DNA of 64,000 nucleotides from Synechococcus sp. (GCA_047285805.1 JBJBCN010000002.1:256001-320000), one strand, 5' to 3'; positions 19,746 to 30,961 are shown, counted from the stretch's first letter. The notes: a model not told the origin generated them from the letters alone. Translations and numbers: made by a program.

Positions 19746-20123
19746 GCCCGCCCCTCCCGGATGGAAGAGACGGCCTAACGCGCTCGTTCATGCATGGGAT
19801 GCACCCGTTTCGTAAGGGAACGAAAGAAGGGGGCGGAGCCGCTGAGGAAGGACACCTGGGGCCAGGTGTCCAGGTGTAGAGCAGTGGTACTCCTTGGGGC
19901 ACCTGTGGCGGTGCAGATGGAGTGCCGACAGCTCAAACGCTCATGTTTGTTTGATCTGACGGGCCGCTCACGGTTTGAGAAGACTGTTGGAGCAGGCGCC
20001 TTCAGTCAGCTCGCTCCTGACATCTGGTTGGGTGGAGTGTCGGCCATCAGAGGCGTCTCCGATCTCTATGGCCATAGCTTCGGCCAGACCGAGGGGAGGC
20101 AATTGGACTTAATGCCCATTGCC
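19746..20123 (-). ncRNA. Family A dispersed structured element, copy 2
   Basis: GGCAAT-N14-ATTGCC at 20098-20123; conserved internal blocks; 3' hairpin CCGTCTCTTCC-ATCC-GGGAGGGGCGG. Confidence 0.6.
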
Positions 20124-20433
20124 CCGGAGGCGAAACCATCCAAGAGAGATTGGTTGCACGCCAAACGCCCGCGTAAGCGACCACTCCCGCTCTGGCTGCG
20201 TTGGCTGTCTCTCTGGAGCCTGCGCCTGATCAACATCGCTCTGGTGGGGCTGACCACCTGCGGCTTGGGCTGGGTCTGGCTGGCGATGTACCTCTACTAC
20301 GAATCGTTTAAGCAGAGGCACCTGCCGGCTTCGGGAGAGCGTCGTCGATAGTCGTTGTACTTGTGAAGTGTTGTTGTCCTCAGTACGTACTCCGGCGGGC
20401 GCTCGTGATTGATTCGGGCAAACACTGCTTGCC

Positions 20434-20697
20434 ATGATTGAAACCCACGTGCTCACCTTCTCGATCAACAAGCCGTTTGAGGAGTGGGTCGCCACCTATG
20501 ACTCCTCGGCGCCGCTTCAAGAGGCCGCAGGGATCAAGAGCCTGTTTCGTGGGGTGAGCAAAGACGACCCCACCAAGGTCTGCGCCGTGATGCGGGCTGA
20601 AGCTGGGGTGATGGAGGAGTTCATCGCAGGCAATGCCGCGATGATTGCTTCTTCTGGTCACATCCTGGAGAGCACGGTAAGTCAGGTCTTCCTCTGA
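20434..20697 (+). CDS. DUF3764-like protein
   Basis: ETHVLTFSI..PFEEW...GIKSLFRGVSKDDPTKVC...SGH..EST pattern. Confidence 0.75.
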   Translation: MIETHVLTFSINKPFEEWVATYDSSAPLQEAAGIKSLFRGVSKDDPTKVCAVMRAEAGVMEEFIAGNAAMIASSGHILESTVSQVFL

Positions 20698-21380
20698 GGA
20701 AGGTGACTGGAGGCCGCGGACCCCTTAGATGCATTTCACGCTGGCTTTCGGCTGCCATGCAGCGACCAGGTCATCGTTGGCTTGGCACTGCTGCATGTTC
20801 GCCTGCGGTACTTTCTCGAGGGAGGCCGTGGTCCGATGGGGCGAGTAGGTCGCCCAGGCGATGATCAGCCATGTGATTGGCTCGCTGGAGACTCCAGCGT
20901 TTGCGGAATCCTGGTAGTCAGGGAGGTGGATTGCGTCTAGTGGTGCCAGGCAACCGGGTTGCGGCATTCTTGCTCCTTCACGGCTTCATAGGCCTGCCAA
21001 AGTCCTTCGACTTCAGCGCATTTGAGGTTGCGGTCGCAGACGCGATAGCGACCGTTGCCAACCGCATCAATCGTGGAGCCGCGGCAGGTGCGGCAGATCC
21101 GCTTGGGCTCGGCCATTTGTTTACGGCATGAAGAACGTTCCTAGGGACAATCTTTTCCGTATGGTCAGCAGTATTTCGAGGCTTCACAGACGCCGCTGAT
21201 TGCATTGCGCTGAATTCAGCTGGCGTGGATCGAATAGAGCGTGATCCCCATCGCCTTGAGGATGAAGTAGCCCGTGAAGCCGAGCACATTCAGACCGATC
21301 ACAAAGGCCCAGACGCCCCACGGTTGTTGCTGATCAAGCTTCATTCCCCTCGCACCGGCTGGGGTCAGTGTGTCTCGAAG

Positions 21381-21494
21381 CCAATATCGCCCTCACCGGG
21401 CGCCGGTGGGGAGTGTTGGTTGGGGAGCCGGAATCTGGCCCCCCGTATCGGACAACGGGGGAATGCACTCGCCCGCCACCTCAGTTGTTATGGC
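21381..21494 (-). ncRNA. Family B putative sRNA
   Basis: GCCATAAC box, stem1 GGTGGCGGG/CCCGTTGTCC, stem2 GGGGGGCC/GGCTCCCC, AACCAACACTCCC, third hairpin CACCGG/CCGGTG. Confidence 0.55.
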
Positions 21495-21685
21495 CCAGGG
21501 GCTTCTTCGGTGTCAACGCAGGGTGCCGTTGGTCGTAATGGGTCCGGTTGACCTTCGGTGATGGCCACGGAACGGTGGTAGATGGCGCTGGACCGATCGC
21601 CCGCTGATTCCATTGCCCGGCGCATGGACCACCAGTACTGAAGCGTTTCTGCCTCGGTCCACTCGGGAGTTTGAAGGTCACCCAT
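21488..21685 (-). CDS. Small hypothetical protein
   Basis: W...AMESAG..S.IY.R..AI..G.PDPL pattern, recalled from small picocyanobacterial proteins. Confidence 0.55.
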   Translation of the reverse strand: MGDLQTPEWTEAETLQYWWSMRRAMESAGDRSSAIYHRSVAITEGQPDPLRPTAPCVDTEEAPGP

Positions 21686-22401
21686 GGACTCAACCGAGGC
21701 GGCAGCCGAGATTGATTGTCCCTTCATCAAGCAGGCGCCCCAGCCGTAGGGCTACTGCGGCCTCGTGGCGATTAAACGAGCCCTGATGGGAGGCAATCCA
21801 AGACACCTCGGCCTCGGTGAGCACCCCTGTGGCCATGGAGCTTAAGAAGACAGCGCCGAGAGACATGAGAGACCTGTAACGAAGTCTTTACATTCTGTCT
21901 GGCGCGGCTCGGGGCTGCGAGCGATCTCAGTAGCTGTTCTGCTTTAGAGCCGAAAAGCGCGACGTGCCCTCCCAAGGGGCCGGCATCGCTTTGTCGCGCG
22001 GTTTGCCGGCGTTCTGCATTTGCAGTGCGGCAGCACCAGCGGCGTAGCAGGCGGCGAAAACGGCGATGAACCCCATGGCTGTTTAGTAGTTGTCAAAGGC
22101 TCTCTGAAGCGGTCCGGGTAGCGCGTTCGCCTCGAACCGTTTGGGTGCTTTGGGTATTTCTGCTCAGGGTGACTGCTGCGTCCCCCCCCCCTATCTGGGG
22201 CGATCGCAAGCTCCGCGCGCGCAAGGAGGCTGACTGCGCCGCCGAGAGGCGGGGACTGCAGGCCATTTCTCCTTTGCAGTTGGTCGGTTGAGGGGGATTT
22301 TTCTGGGAATGCCATCGCTTCAGGTTGCCTTCGTCATCCCAAAGTTTTTCTGTTGATTGATCTGAAAGGACTCCGCGCAGTCAACCTTGAGCATCTACTA
22401 G

Positions 22402-22620
22402 ATGCAGCGGGCCACTTACACCATCGAGCTCCTCACACCTCAGGGCTGGAGTTGCGCTGAGGCCCATGAGCAGCGCGAGCTCGCCGAGATGCAAGCGATG
22501 CTGAAGAGCAAAGCGGATGGGCAGACCTGTCGGATCACTTCGCCCGAGCTGAGAACGCTTTGCCTTTTTACGAAGCAGCGCGCGCGTTGTTGGGAGCTGG
22601 ATCAGCCGACCATGGCCTAA
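22402..22620 (+). CDS. Small hypothetical protein; paralogue of the fragment at 39.5 kb
   Basis: GWS.AE.HEQR.LAE.QAML.S.ADG.T.R.TS..L.TLC.FT shared with 39489-39683. Confidence 0.7.
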   Translation: MQRATYTIELLTPQGWSCAEAHEQRELAEMQAMLKSKADGQTCRITSPELRTLCLFTKQRARCWELDQPTMA

Positions 22621-22621
22621 T

Positions 22622-22919
22622 GGGTAGGCCGCCCCCCCCCGCATGGAAGAGACGGCCTACCTCGCTCGCGTATGGGGCAACTGCTAAGGACAAGAGTCGA
22701 ATGGGCCTGGAGCTGCTGAGCGCAACACCTGTGGCCGGGCCTCCAAGTGGAGGCCCATCCGTTCTGCCACGGGTGGATGAGAAAACGCCGTGGAGCAGGG
22801 GGCTTCCGTCACGTGCTTCGTTGGTCTTCTGAGGTGGCGTGTCGTTCAATACGCTTCCATCACCGCTGCATCCACCATCGTTCGTATCGAGGGGGCAATC
22901 GGACTTCATGCCTATTGCC
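22622..22919 (-). ncRNA. Family A dispersed structured element, copy 3 (internally shorter)
   Basis: GGCAAT-N14-ATTGCC at 22894-22919; GACACGCCACCTCAGAAG and CCCCTGCTCCAC blocks; 3' hairpin GGTAGGCCGTCTCTTCC/G-run-CGGCCTACC. Confidence 0.55.
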
Positions 22920-23356
22920 TTGGCGGCTGAGCCATCTGAAAGTGGAACGTTGGTCCGTTCTTTGTGTCTTCGCTCCAATAGAGGCGGTATGGCTGTCCCA
23001 TGTAAGAACAAGTTCCGCGCGTTCTGGAATCGCTTCAAAAGCAACCTCAAGACGAATCGCTATCCGGTCGTGCTTGGTGAGGCCGGATCGGCGCGCCGAG
23101 CGGCCGAGGTCGAACGGATGACCCGGAAGCAGACGCCTCCCATCGACATCCGTTAATGGGGCCGCTTGCCAGGGCCAGAGCGGTTGAGGCTTTTTCTTCT
23201 TTGAAAATATATGCCGATTGAGATCGGCAGTGTTGGATATAGCTAGCGAGCTCTTTGTAGTCAATCTGTCAACTATTGATCGCAGATTGGCTGCAAAGCT
23301 GAGATAAAAAGTGGCTCTCTGATTGCTGTTAGTCGGCGTCTCCATGTCGGGAGGGT

Positions 23357-23992
23357 TTGCTTCCAGAGCCTTCTCTCTTGTTCTCCGATGTTGAAATTTG
23401 TTCTTCCACTGGCAAGTTGGGATTGGCCTATGGACCTGCCCTGTTTGTTCCTCCCCATGGCGGGCCGCGCTTGGCCGTTTGCGCTGTCAGCAGCGGCTTT
23501 GTTCGCTCCAATACCTTGCTGCCCCTCGGCGGCATCAAGGTGATCGACAACCCCGTCCCTCGTAACCTGGAGAACCTCTCGGGTTGGTCCCGTGAGCAGC
23601 TCCAGGCTGGTCTCCAGCAGGAGTACAGCGTGGATGTGGCCGCTGTGGCTCGCTTCCTGTATTCCCCCAAAGGTGAGCAGTTCCTGAAAAAGAGCATTCA
23701 GGAGGACAACTACACCCCCTACTACAGCCAGCAGAACAGCCTGCAGGCCGTTCGTAGCGCCATCATCCTCGACTCCGCCGACGGCAAGCTATCGAGCTTC
23801 GGGCTGATGAAGCAGCTCCCCACCGACCAGCGCCTCCAGGGCTCGATGAAGGTCTGTGATGTCAATAGCATCGAGAACAGCCAGCAGGCCACCTCGCTGC
23901 TCAGCTGGTATGTGAACACCCCGGCTTGCATCGCGGCTTACACCGCCGAAGCTCCCGAGCGGGTCCGGCAGTCCGTTCGCGGCCTCTGGTGA
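23357..23992 (+). CDS. DUF1400-like protein (start uncertain)
   Basis: FLYSPKGEQFL...AVRSAIIL...DGKLS..L..LPTD pattern. Confidence 0.6.
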   Translation: MLPEPSLLFSDVEICSSTGKLGLAYGPALFVPPHGGPRLAVCAVSSGFVRSNTLLPLGGIKVIDNPVPRNLENLSGWSREQLQAGLQQEYSVDVAAVARFLYSPKGEQFLKKSIQEDNYTPYYSQQNSLQAVRSAIILDSADGKLSSFGLMKQLPTDQRLQGSMKVCDVNSIENSQQATSLLSWYVNTPACIAAYTAEAPERVRQSVRGLW

Positions 23993-24097
23993 GATCGAGC
24001 TCAACCTTGAGCCAAAAAGCGCCCTTGCGAACCCGCTTTTTGCCAAAAAAGCGGGTTCTGGCGGCAGACCTAGTGCCATTGCCGCTACAAAGAAGTT

Positions 24098-24376
24098 ATG
24101 AAAAGACTTTTGGGATTGCTGTTCTGTGCGATGGTGTTCCCGCCAGTGCAGGCTTTGGCCAATCAATCGGCCAATCAGGACCTTGGTGATGGGCGCGTAA
24201 TGACCCATAAAGGCGCTGTGGTTTTAGTTGTTACCAAGCAAGGGGCCTATCAGTACTGCTACGTGAATCCGATTGCTCCGGTCTTGGCGGAGGGCAGACT
24301 GAACATCGATTGCACCGACGACAACCCGCTCGGTCTCGGAGGCTTTGAGCACCGGCTTGTTCCTCCATCCCCCTAG
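24098..24376 (+). CDS. Putative secreted hypothetical protein
   Basis: MKRLLGLLF...ALA signal peptide. Confidence 0.55.
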   Translation: MKRLLGLLFCAMVFPPVQALANQSANQDLGDGRVMTHKGAVVLVVTKQGAYQYCYVNPIAPVLAEGRLNIDCTDDNPLGLGGFEHRLVPPSP

Positions 24377-24434
24377 TCATTGGCATTAGGTAGACGTACC
24401 GATTGCAACGTCGATTGGGCCCAGCACCATATAT

Positions 24435-24495
24435 GCTCGGGATACTCCGATGGGTAGGGAGATCAAACCCCTGGACTTAGCGCCAAGGGTTTTTT
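24435..24495 (+). ncRNA. Family C putative sRNA
   Basis: Hairpin TCGG-GATACT-CCGA, GGGTAGGGAG, terminator ACCCCTGG/CCAAGGGT + T run. Confidence 0.45.
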
Positions 24496-24582
24496 CCTTC
24501 AATCCAGGCTAATGGAGTTTATGATCGAGTCAGGTATAAGAAAGCCCTGATCGATCAGGGATGTGAGCAAGTTAGATGGGTC

Positions 24583-24747
24583 TTACTTCTGGTAGGTATT
24601 CCCTCGGTAGGTAAGGTGAATTGTTGTTGCAGACACTTCTGCCACACGTGCGTTGTATACGTTGCGGCGATAGGTCAACTCAACAGGAACTTTGTCTTGG
24701 ACAGAGGATTTCTGGGTATAGGAATTACCCATGTAGGTGAGTTGCAT
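24583..24747 (-). CDS. DUF4278-family small protein
   Basis: Three LTY(M/R)(G/R)..Y repeats; downstream of a glutamine riboswitch. Confidence 0.85.
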   Translation of the reverse strand: MQLTYMGNSYTQKSSVQDKVPVELTYRRNVYNARVAEVSATTIHLTYRGNTYQK

Positions 24748-24765
24748 GATGAGTTCACGGGTTGG

Positions 24766-24823
24766 CCCGAGTCCCCGTTCCATGACTCAGGTGTACTGCA
24801 CCTTGAGATGATCAAGGCGAACG
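24766..24823 (-). promoter_or_regulatory. Class II glutamine riboswitch (Downstream-peptide motif)
   Basis: CGTTCGCCTTGA..TCAAGGTGCAG..GAGTCATGGAACGGGGACTC; CGTTC/GAACG pseudoknot pairing. Confidence 0.85.
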
Positions 24824-24987
24824 TTTGTGGCCAGTGCCAATGCATTTATATCGGTCGAAAAGGCCAATGGAGAGTTCGCGCTGTTACTTAGCGTTGTATT
24901 TCAGAAAGCCTTTAGATTGTCTTTGTCTGGATTTGTCGTGCTCCTTGGTCGTTCCGGTCAGGGTGGGTCTTCTCGAATGAATTCTGA

Positions 24988-25230
24988 TTAGCGCGTTTTC
25001 TCTCTCTTAAACGTGTAGCAGCCCCCGTGGTAACCCGTGAAGGGTTGGGAGTAGGTCACCAGCTCCCAGCCGTCGTCTCCCAGTTCGTTCATGACGCCAG
25101 CAAGCGTGATGTCAGGCCGGGGCCGCGACCTGAAGATGATTTGCCGTTGATCAAGCCACAGTTCCTCGATTTCTCCGGTCCAGCTTTTGCCGCGTGGGAT
25201 AAATCGCAGTTGCGTGTACTCCCACTTCAT
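24988..25230 (-). CDS. DUF4177-like small protein
   Basis: MKWEY...NELGDDGWELV...FKR pattern. Confidence 0.7.
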   Translation of the reverse strand: MKWEYTQLRFIPRGKSWTGEIEELWLDQRQIIFRSRPRPDITLAGVMNELGDDGWELVTYSQPFTGYHGGCYTFKREKTR

Positions 25231-25510
25231 GGCCGATCTAAGGGAACAAGGGTTGGCATCCTCTCACTCCCGGCTGAATGGTCAGTCCTCGCTAGTCCTG
25301 GCCTCCCCCCGAACTGTCATCCATCCCCCGTCTAACCAGGGTCTGAGTGACCCAGAGCAGACCAAGAAACAGTGAGGCAACCAGAAGCAGGGTCATGGAC
25401 GAGACAGGTTTCCCGTCCATGTTGGCCGTAGGTATCGGCGCTCTCCTGGGAAAGGCCGGCAAACGGGATGAAACCGGTTCCGAGACCGCTGGTTTCCGAG
25501 GTTCGGTTCT

Positions 25511-25936
25511 TTATGGCTCCACATTCTGGATGTTTAACAGCGTTTTCCCATCGGCACTTACCGCCACCTCTGTCAGGAGGGTTGCTGGTGCTCCTTCAAC
25601 CTGCCAGCCCGGGGGGCCGCCGCTGAATTTGAAGACAAAGCCCAACGCATCAGCTTGGAGTAAACAGCGTTGCCGGACCAGCGTGGTCGAAAACATGCAG
25701 GCTTCAGGGGTGTAGTTGTTCAGACCGCCGTTCAAGCTGATGGCCTTCGTTCGAGCCAGGTTCATTGCCCGTTGAAGGGATGGACCTTGTTTCTGCATCT
25801 GCTCGATCTTGTCGAAGGTCTGCTGGACGCTCTGGGCAAAGGCAGGGCTGAAGGCGCTCACGCCCACCGCGAACGCAGCGAATGATCCAAGGGCACAACG
25901 AGCTGTACGCATCTCAGGACTCCTACAAGACGTCAC
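25511..25936 (-). CDS. Secreted hypothetical protein (start uncertain)
   Basis: Signal peptide ending AFA|QS; RAMNLAR..A..LNGGL..Y and FSGGPPGWQ motifs. Confidence 0.65.
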   Translation of the reverse strand: MTSCRSPEMRTARCALGSFAAFAVGVSAFSPAFAQSVQQTFDKIEQMQKQGPSLQRAMNLARTKAISLNGGLNNYTPEACMFSTTLVRQRCLLQADALGFVFKFSGGPPGWQVEGAPATLLTEVAVSADGKTLLNIQNVEP

Positions 25937-26221
25937 AGGGAAACTCTGGGGTGCTCACGGGTTCAACGCAAGTGGAGTTGCTCACCACTTCAGGGCATGC
26001 CATGCGCCCTGGGTTCATCATTGAGAGATGACCATTGGCATCAACACACGCCCCACGGACGAAGAGCTGGCGAGCTGGATGCCCAACACGCCGCATTCGA
26101 GGTGGGCACAAGAAGGACATCGAGGTCCCCGCACCAATGGAAACTACCCCATCTGCCGCTGTGACCTTTGCGCGAAGCTTCGGCGCGATTTTTGGGAGCA
26201 GCAGTCCTGGATCCCGTAGGA

Positions 26222-26509
26222 CTAGGCCGCGAGGTCGTCGTGTTTGTGCCGTCGGCGACGCGCTCGGCGTGGACGGCCAGTGGCTTCTTGTTTGAGGTAG
26301 ACCTTCTGGCCGTTGGCATTGATCCGGTAGAGGCCACCGCGCGGACCCTTTTGGATGGGACCTTGATTGCCGGCCTGAATGGCTCGCTTTGTTCTCTTTG
26401 CCAGTAGGCCAGACGGATCCGTCAACGCGGGCTTTTGATCATTGAGCCAACCAATGGCCTTCAGAAGCTTGGTGAGTGACGAGCGACCTGGCACTGCGCA
26501 AAAGCTCAT
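26222..26509 (-). CDS. Small basic protein with GPRGG motif
   Basis: IQKGPRGGLYRINANGQKVYL followed by an Arg-rich tail. Confidence 0.55.
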   Translation of the reverse strand: MSFCAVPGRSSLTKLLKAIGWLNDQKPALTDPSGLLAKRTKRAIQAGNQGPIQKGPRGGLYRINANGQKVYLKQEATGRPRRARRRRHKHDDLAA

Positions 26510-26545
26510 GAATTAAGTGTCCAGTGACGTCAACCACTGATTCGT

Positions 26546-26785
26546 TCACTTGTGGCACTTGGCCCGGAAGCGGTTCGAGTTGCTGGTGGCTTCGTGTTTG
26601 GTTTTGCGTCCACTGACGCGCTTGCGCCACATCCTGAACGACGAGGCTTTCATCGACTGACGCATCAGTTCCACCACCTCCTGTTCAGAGAGTCCAAATT
26701 GGTAATGGATGGCCTCAAAGGTGGTGCGGTCCTCCCATGCCATCTCGATGATGCGGTCGAGTTCGCTCGGTTCAAAACTACGCAT
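26546..26785 (-). CDS. DUF2805 / TIGR03643 family protein
   Basis: RIIEMAWEDRTTFEAI..QFGLSE..V..LMR...SSFRMWRKRV. Confidence 0.88.
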   Translation of the reverse strand: MRSFEPSELDRIIEMAWEDRTTFEAIHYQFGLSEQEVVELMRQSMKASSFRMWRKRVSGRKTKHEATSNSNRFRAKCHK

Positions 26786-26788
26786 CGC

Positions 26789-28048
26789 CTAGCGCCCAGT
26801 TGCGGTGACCAGGAGGCCGTTGCGTGGCGTGGGGCTGGGCACCAGCTGGAGCGACAGATCTTGACCAGGTGCCAGCTGCAACTGAACCTGCCGCAGTAGG
26901 CCAGCGGTCATCAGTCGGATTTCGAGTTCGGCGAGGGCTTTCCCCAGGCAGACCCGTTCCCCGCCACCAAAGGGGAGCAGAGTTTGCTCAAAGGATCCAT
27001 CGAGATGCCGCTGCGGCTTGAACTTCGCCAGATCGGTTCCGCCGCTGGTTCCTGATGGCGTGAGGGCTACCTGGATCACGCTCTTCTCAGGAACGGCGAC
27101 TCCGGCCAGCTCGATGGGGTGCAGGCTGCGGCGGAAGAAGCCCCCTACCGGGGGTGTTTGCCGCATCACTTCCAGCACGGTGGCATCGAGCTTTTGCGAT
27201 TGCGGTGCTGTGGTCGCTGGCCATGGGCCGCTGATCAGATCGCTCTGCAGCCAATCCAGCACCTCGGGATGCAGGAGTAGCGCGCGGAAGAGACAGCTCA
27301 GCGAGGAGGCCGTGGTTTCGTAGCCAGCAAAGAGCAACAGCAGCAGTTGCTCGGCCAGATCGTCGTCATCCAGGGGAATGCCGGTTTCATCGAGGCCGCC
27401 ACTGATCAGATCCAGGCCACCTTGATTGCTGCCGGCTTTCAAGACCGTCTTGATGCGGTTCAGGAGGCGCTGGCGAGCGGCCATGGCTTTGGCAAATGGT
27501 GTCCCTGGGATCGCCAAGGGAATGGAGAACAGAGCCTTCGTCCAGATCTCAAAGTCTGCAAAGAGCGCCTCGCGGCTGCCTTGATCAAGCCCCAGCACCG
27601 CAGTGGCGATCACCGTGAAGGCGAAGCGGCGCATCCGCCCGGCCAAGGGGATGGGGCCGTCGGATGCCTTGAGCTCCTCAGCGACCTCATCCACCAGCGC
27701 CGTGATCGATGGGGTGTAGCGCGCGAGGGCTGCGCTGGAGAACAGTTGACCGACTACGCGCCGCCGCGCTTTATGGCCGGCTCCGTTGCGGTTGGCGAGT
27801 GATCGGCTGCCCAGCAGCTGTTTCACGCTCTCCGGCCACCAGCCCTCTAGCGATTCGCCCTGGCTGAAGAGATTGCTGATCGCCCGCTCACCGCGGATGA
27901 ACACGATTGGCTGGGCCAAGAGTTTGGTGGCGAAGACATCTCCATAGGTTTCAAAACGCCGTTGGGCGAAGCTCGGATCGCTGAAGAAATCAAGGGTCTC
28001 CTTCAGGCCGCTCACCGCGCCGGTATTGGGCAGAGGCTTGGCAGGCAT
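26789..28048 (-). CDS. Cytochrome P450
   Basis: AGYETT (I helix), EVMR (ExxR) and PFGGGERVCLG heme motif. Confidence 0.93.
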   Translation of the reverse strand: MPAKPLPNTGAVSGLKETLDFFSDPSFAQRRFETYGDVFATKLLAQPIVFIRGERAISNLFSQGESLEGWWPESVKQLLGSRSLANRNGAGHKARRRVVGQLFSSAALARYTPSITALVDEVAEELKASDGPIPLAGRMRRFAFTVIATAVLGLDQGSREALFADFEIWTKALFSIPLAIPGTPFAKAMAARQRLLNRIKTVLKAGSNQGGLDLISGGLDETGIPLDDDDLAEQLLLLLFAGYETTASSLSCLFRALLLHPEVLDWLQSDLISGPWPATTAPQSQKLDATVLEVMRQTPPVGGFFRRSLHPIELAGVAVPEKSVIQVALTPSGTSGGTDLAKFKPQRHLDGSFEQTLLPFGGGERVCLGKALAELEIRLMTAGLLRQVQLQLAPGQDLSLQLVPSPTPRNGLLVTATGR

Positions 28049-28501
28049 GAACCCAGGCACGTGGAGGCGGTCAACTTATCGACTTCACTTGGGCTCTGAA
28101 CCGACGTCAGACGACCCGCAGCTTTTCTGTTGTAGATTTTACTGAGATGTTGCATGGCCCTGAGGGACTGGGCTTTTTGCCGTTCGCCCGTAAGCGCCCT
28201 TCATGGATTGTATGGGGCGAACGTGCGACTCGCCCCGGTGAGCCGGTGCCGTGACGAAGAAATCGGCTCTATCCTTTTATCGTGCAAAGGAAATAGCAGT
28301 GCCAGAAGGTTATCGCAATTGACACATTTGGAGTGCAGAATTTCCCCTGAGAGTGATTCTCGAAACTATTCTTTTGCTAAATGTTGGTCGTTCTGGCTTG
28401 CAGGTTTGTCTCGGTCGCGTCTCGTTTGTGCGGTAATTGGCTTTGTCCGAGGTGAGTAGACGTACCGATGGCAATGGCTGCAAGCCCCGGAACCATGACG
28501 A

Positions 28502-28563
28502 AATCTGGGATGAATCCTGGGTAGGGAACCCTTAAATCGCGGAGAGGCCACCGCGGTTTTTTT
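28502..28563 (+). ncRNA. Family C putative sRNA
   Basis: Hairpin, GGGTAGGGAACCC, terminator ATCGCGG-AGAGGCCA-CCGCGGT + T run. Confidence 0.55.
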
Positions 28564-29437
28564 ATGTCTATGGAGCGCTAGGTCTCTTCAGTCGGCAGCA
28601 GTTTCCGTACTCATCTACAGGGAACTCATGCAGTACATCTCGGCTGTGTCCAGATACGATTCTGTAACTCCGTCCGGAAGCCCAGCATCTGGCTTTTGTT
28701 GTGGTGTAAGCGCTCCACCAGGCATGCCTTACCACCTCGTCAATCCATATCTGATTTGCCGCATCAAAACGCTGAACAATGATCATTGTCACAGCTCACG
28801 ATGAACAATTGTAGATTCTCCTGTGTGCTCGGCGGCTTCAAGCCTTTTAAAGGCTGACTTCGGGATCGCTATACGTTCTGTAGGATTAAGGTGACTTTTG
28901 CTTTCATTAAGCTCTTCTGAGTACCGCATCGCTGTGACTGTTCTACGCCCTCGGATGCTTCCGGGAGTTAAATTCCTAAGGCAAGCTGATTGTTGCGTGG
29001 GATACATCATTTACATTGAATGGCTTCGATTGGGTTTGAGGGGGGATTCGAAGGCGTATCACAATTCTTTTTGGAGATCTGATGGTTCAAGCCTTTCGTC
29101 TGCTTTCTAATCGCGGATATTGATGTCCCATCTAGTTTGAAATCAGGAGAAATTAGCGATCCAGGAGCAATGGCTACCAAAAACAGTGTGATCACCAAGA
29201 CATGGTCGGTTAGCACGACTGTTTCTCGACTTATCTGCGAGAGTGTTTAAACGAACGTTGTCATCTCGACGTGACCAAGTTCCACAAAGATCAATCCAAG
29301 CCGACTGGTTACACGCTGGACCGCTGGGATCTGCACGGTGTTCCTTGCGGCTGTGCCGACTACATCGCTGAGTACGAGATCTTGCGCATGATGCAGCTTG
29401 CTCAAGAGCAGAAGTTTTTGAGGAGTCCATCCTGAGC

Positions 29438-29680
29438 ATGGACAGCGAAGAAGGTTCCGAGTGGGGGACTATGGCGGCGATCGCCGGCAGCTCTACGCTT
29501 CCATCGCTTTTCCTGCAGGTTGGCGTAGGCGACGCAGTTCTGGTGGAGCTGCATGAAGGTGGCTGGTGGGTGGGTCAGGTCATACATCCGAAGGCGGGGC
29601 AAGGTGCAGCGCTAACTCCTTCTTTCGGATCACCGACGTGGATACCTGAGCAGTGCGCACCGTGAACCCCAATTCGTGAC
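29438..29680 (+). pseudogene. DUF3104-like pseudogene
   Basis: FLQV.VGDAVLV...WWVGQVIH, then frameshift to FFRITDVDT*AVRTVN. Confidence 0.6.
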
Positions 29681-30031
29681 CAGAATTGTCTGCAATTGGT
29701 ATTGCGAGCTACCTCTGGCCGCCTCTGAGGCTTCATCGCACGCGGAAGTCACCAAATAAGGACCTCTCAGGCCCCCTTAGGGGCTCATCGCAAGGTTGAG
29801 CTGAGCTTTCTTGGCCGGGCTAGCTGAAGCTGTGAAAGCACCAGTTCACCATGGATCTGTCGTCACTTTGCCGGATTTAGACGTGGCAAGACGGCTCTTG
29901 TTTCTTCCAAGGACCTTCCTTGATCACGGCAACCATCGCTCATAGGAGCAGTGCGATGAGAGTGCGGCTTTTTAGTCTTTCCATCAACCTCCTCTTGCAT
30001 ACCTCTGATTTCGCCCTGGTTGGTGACGGGA

Positions 30032-30850
30032 TCAGCTGCGACCAACAATCACAGGCGGAGTACCTGAGCCAATCCCAGGTACAACCTGGGTTTGCCCGTC
30101 CCATTTGTCGAGAAACAGCTTGTAAAGCACTTTTTCGTTAAGTCCTTTGTTTAGGGTTTCGAACTTTATGGCTTCTTGCTCTGCAATCTTTACTTCAGTC
30201 TCAGCGCGAAGGAGTTGCTGCTCAGCTATTTGTTTTTGTTCGATTGCGGAACGATACTCTTCAGCAATCTTAAGGCCAGTTAGATCGAGACCTTTTACTG
30301 ATACGTAATCAAACTTCTGAAGCTCATTCGCAATGCTGTCTTCAACAATGGAAGAGATTGTATTCCAGTCAGTTGCGATCTCAACCAACTCGTACTTCGA
30401 AAATACAGACTTCAGTGCCTTAAGCAGAGAAGGTTGAATGATCCGAGAGTAAATTCCATCATCGCCAATTGAAATCGTGCTGTAGATCCTTGGCGCTTCC
30501 TCTGTTTTGACTGCATATTTAATCGTGGCTGTCGCTTCAATGACCTGCAGATCCTTTGTAAGCGTTGAAAAAGCCTCAGGCTTCACCTGGGTCCGCACAT
30601 TAAAGAAATGACTGGTCTGGATGAGGGGGATCTTGAGATTGAGACCAGGCAGTCTTGGCTGGCTGCTAACTTTCCCTAGTGTAGTGATTACAGCGACTTG
30701 ACCTGCAGGAACGACAAACACGGCGCTTAGCAAAAGAATTGCCGCTGCGAAAATACCAATAACTGCAAGTGGCAGGCCGTTTTCGGTATTTCCAGGAGTG
30801 ATGTTTTGCATAGGTCTCTTGATTTGAACAGATACTGGAGTGAACGCCAC
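30032..30850 (-). CDS. SPFH/prohibitin (band 7) family protein
   Basis: N-terminal TM, VPAGQVAV, TKDLQ, AIEQKQIAEQ and KWDG motifs. Confidence 0.9.
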   Translation of the reverse strand: MAFTPVSVQIKRPMQNITPGNTENGLPLAVIGIFAAAILLLSAVFVVPAGQVAVITTLGKVSSQPRLPGLNLKIPLIQTSHFFNVRTQVKPEAFSTLTKDLQVIEATATIKYAVKTEEAPRIYSTISIGDDGIYSRIIQPSLLKALKSVFSKYELVEIATDWNTISSIVEDSIANELQKFDYVSVKGLDLTGLKIAEEYRSAIEQKQIAEQQLLRAETEVKIAEQEAIKFETLNKGLNEKVLYKLFLDKWDGQTQVVPGIGSGTPPVIVGRS

Positions 30851-30961
30851 TGAGATGTGGGTGACCGGCCCAGGTTGTTACGGATCGATGTGCTCAGAAT
30901 TCTGTTTGACTGAGTCCTGAAAGCTTGGCTAATCCCAGTGAAAGATGGTGAGGTCTTGACT

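Noticed and set aside
19775..19795. Micro-ORFs MHERAR* and MYKRPR* just before the family A terminal hairpin
   Set aside because: ATG is present in only two of four copies with no clear RBS; too short to support by eye
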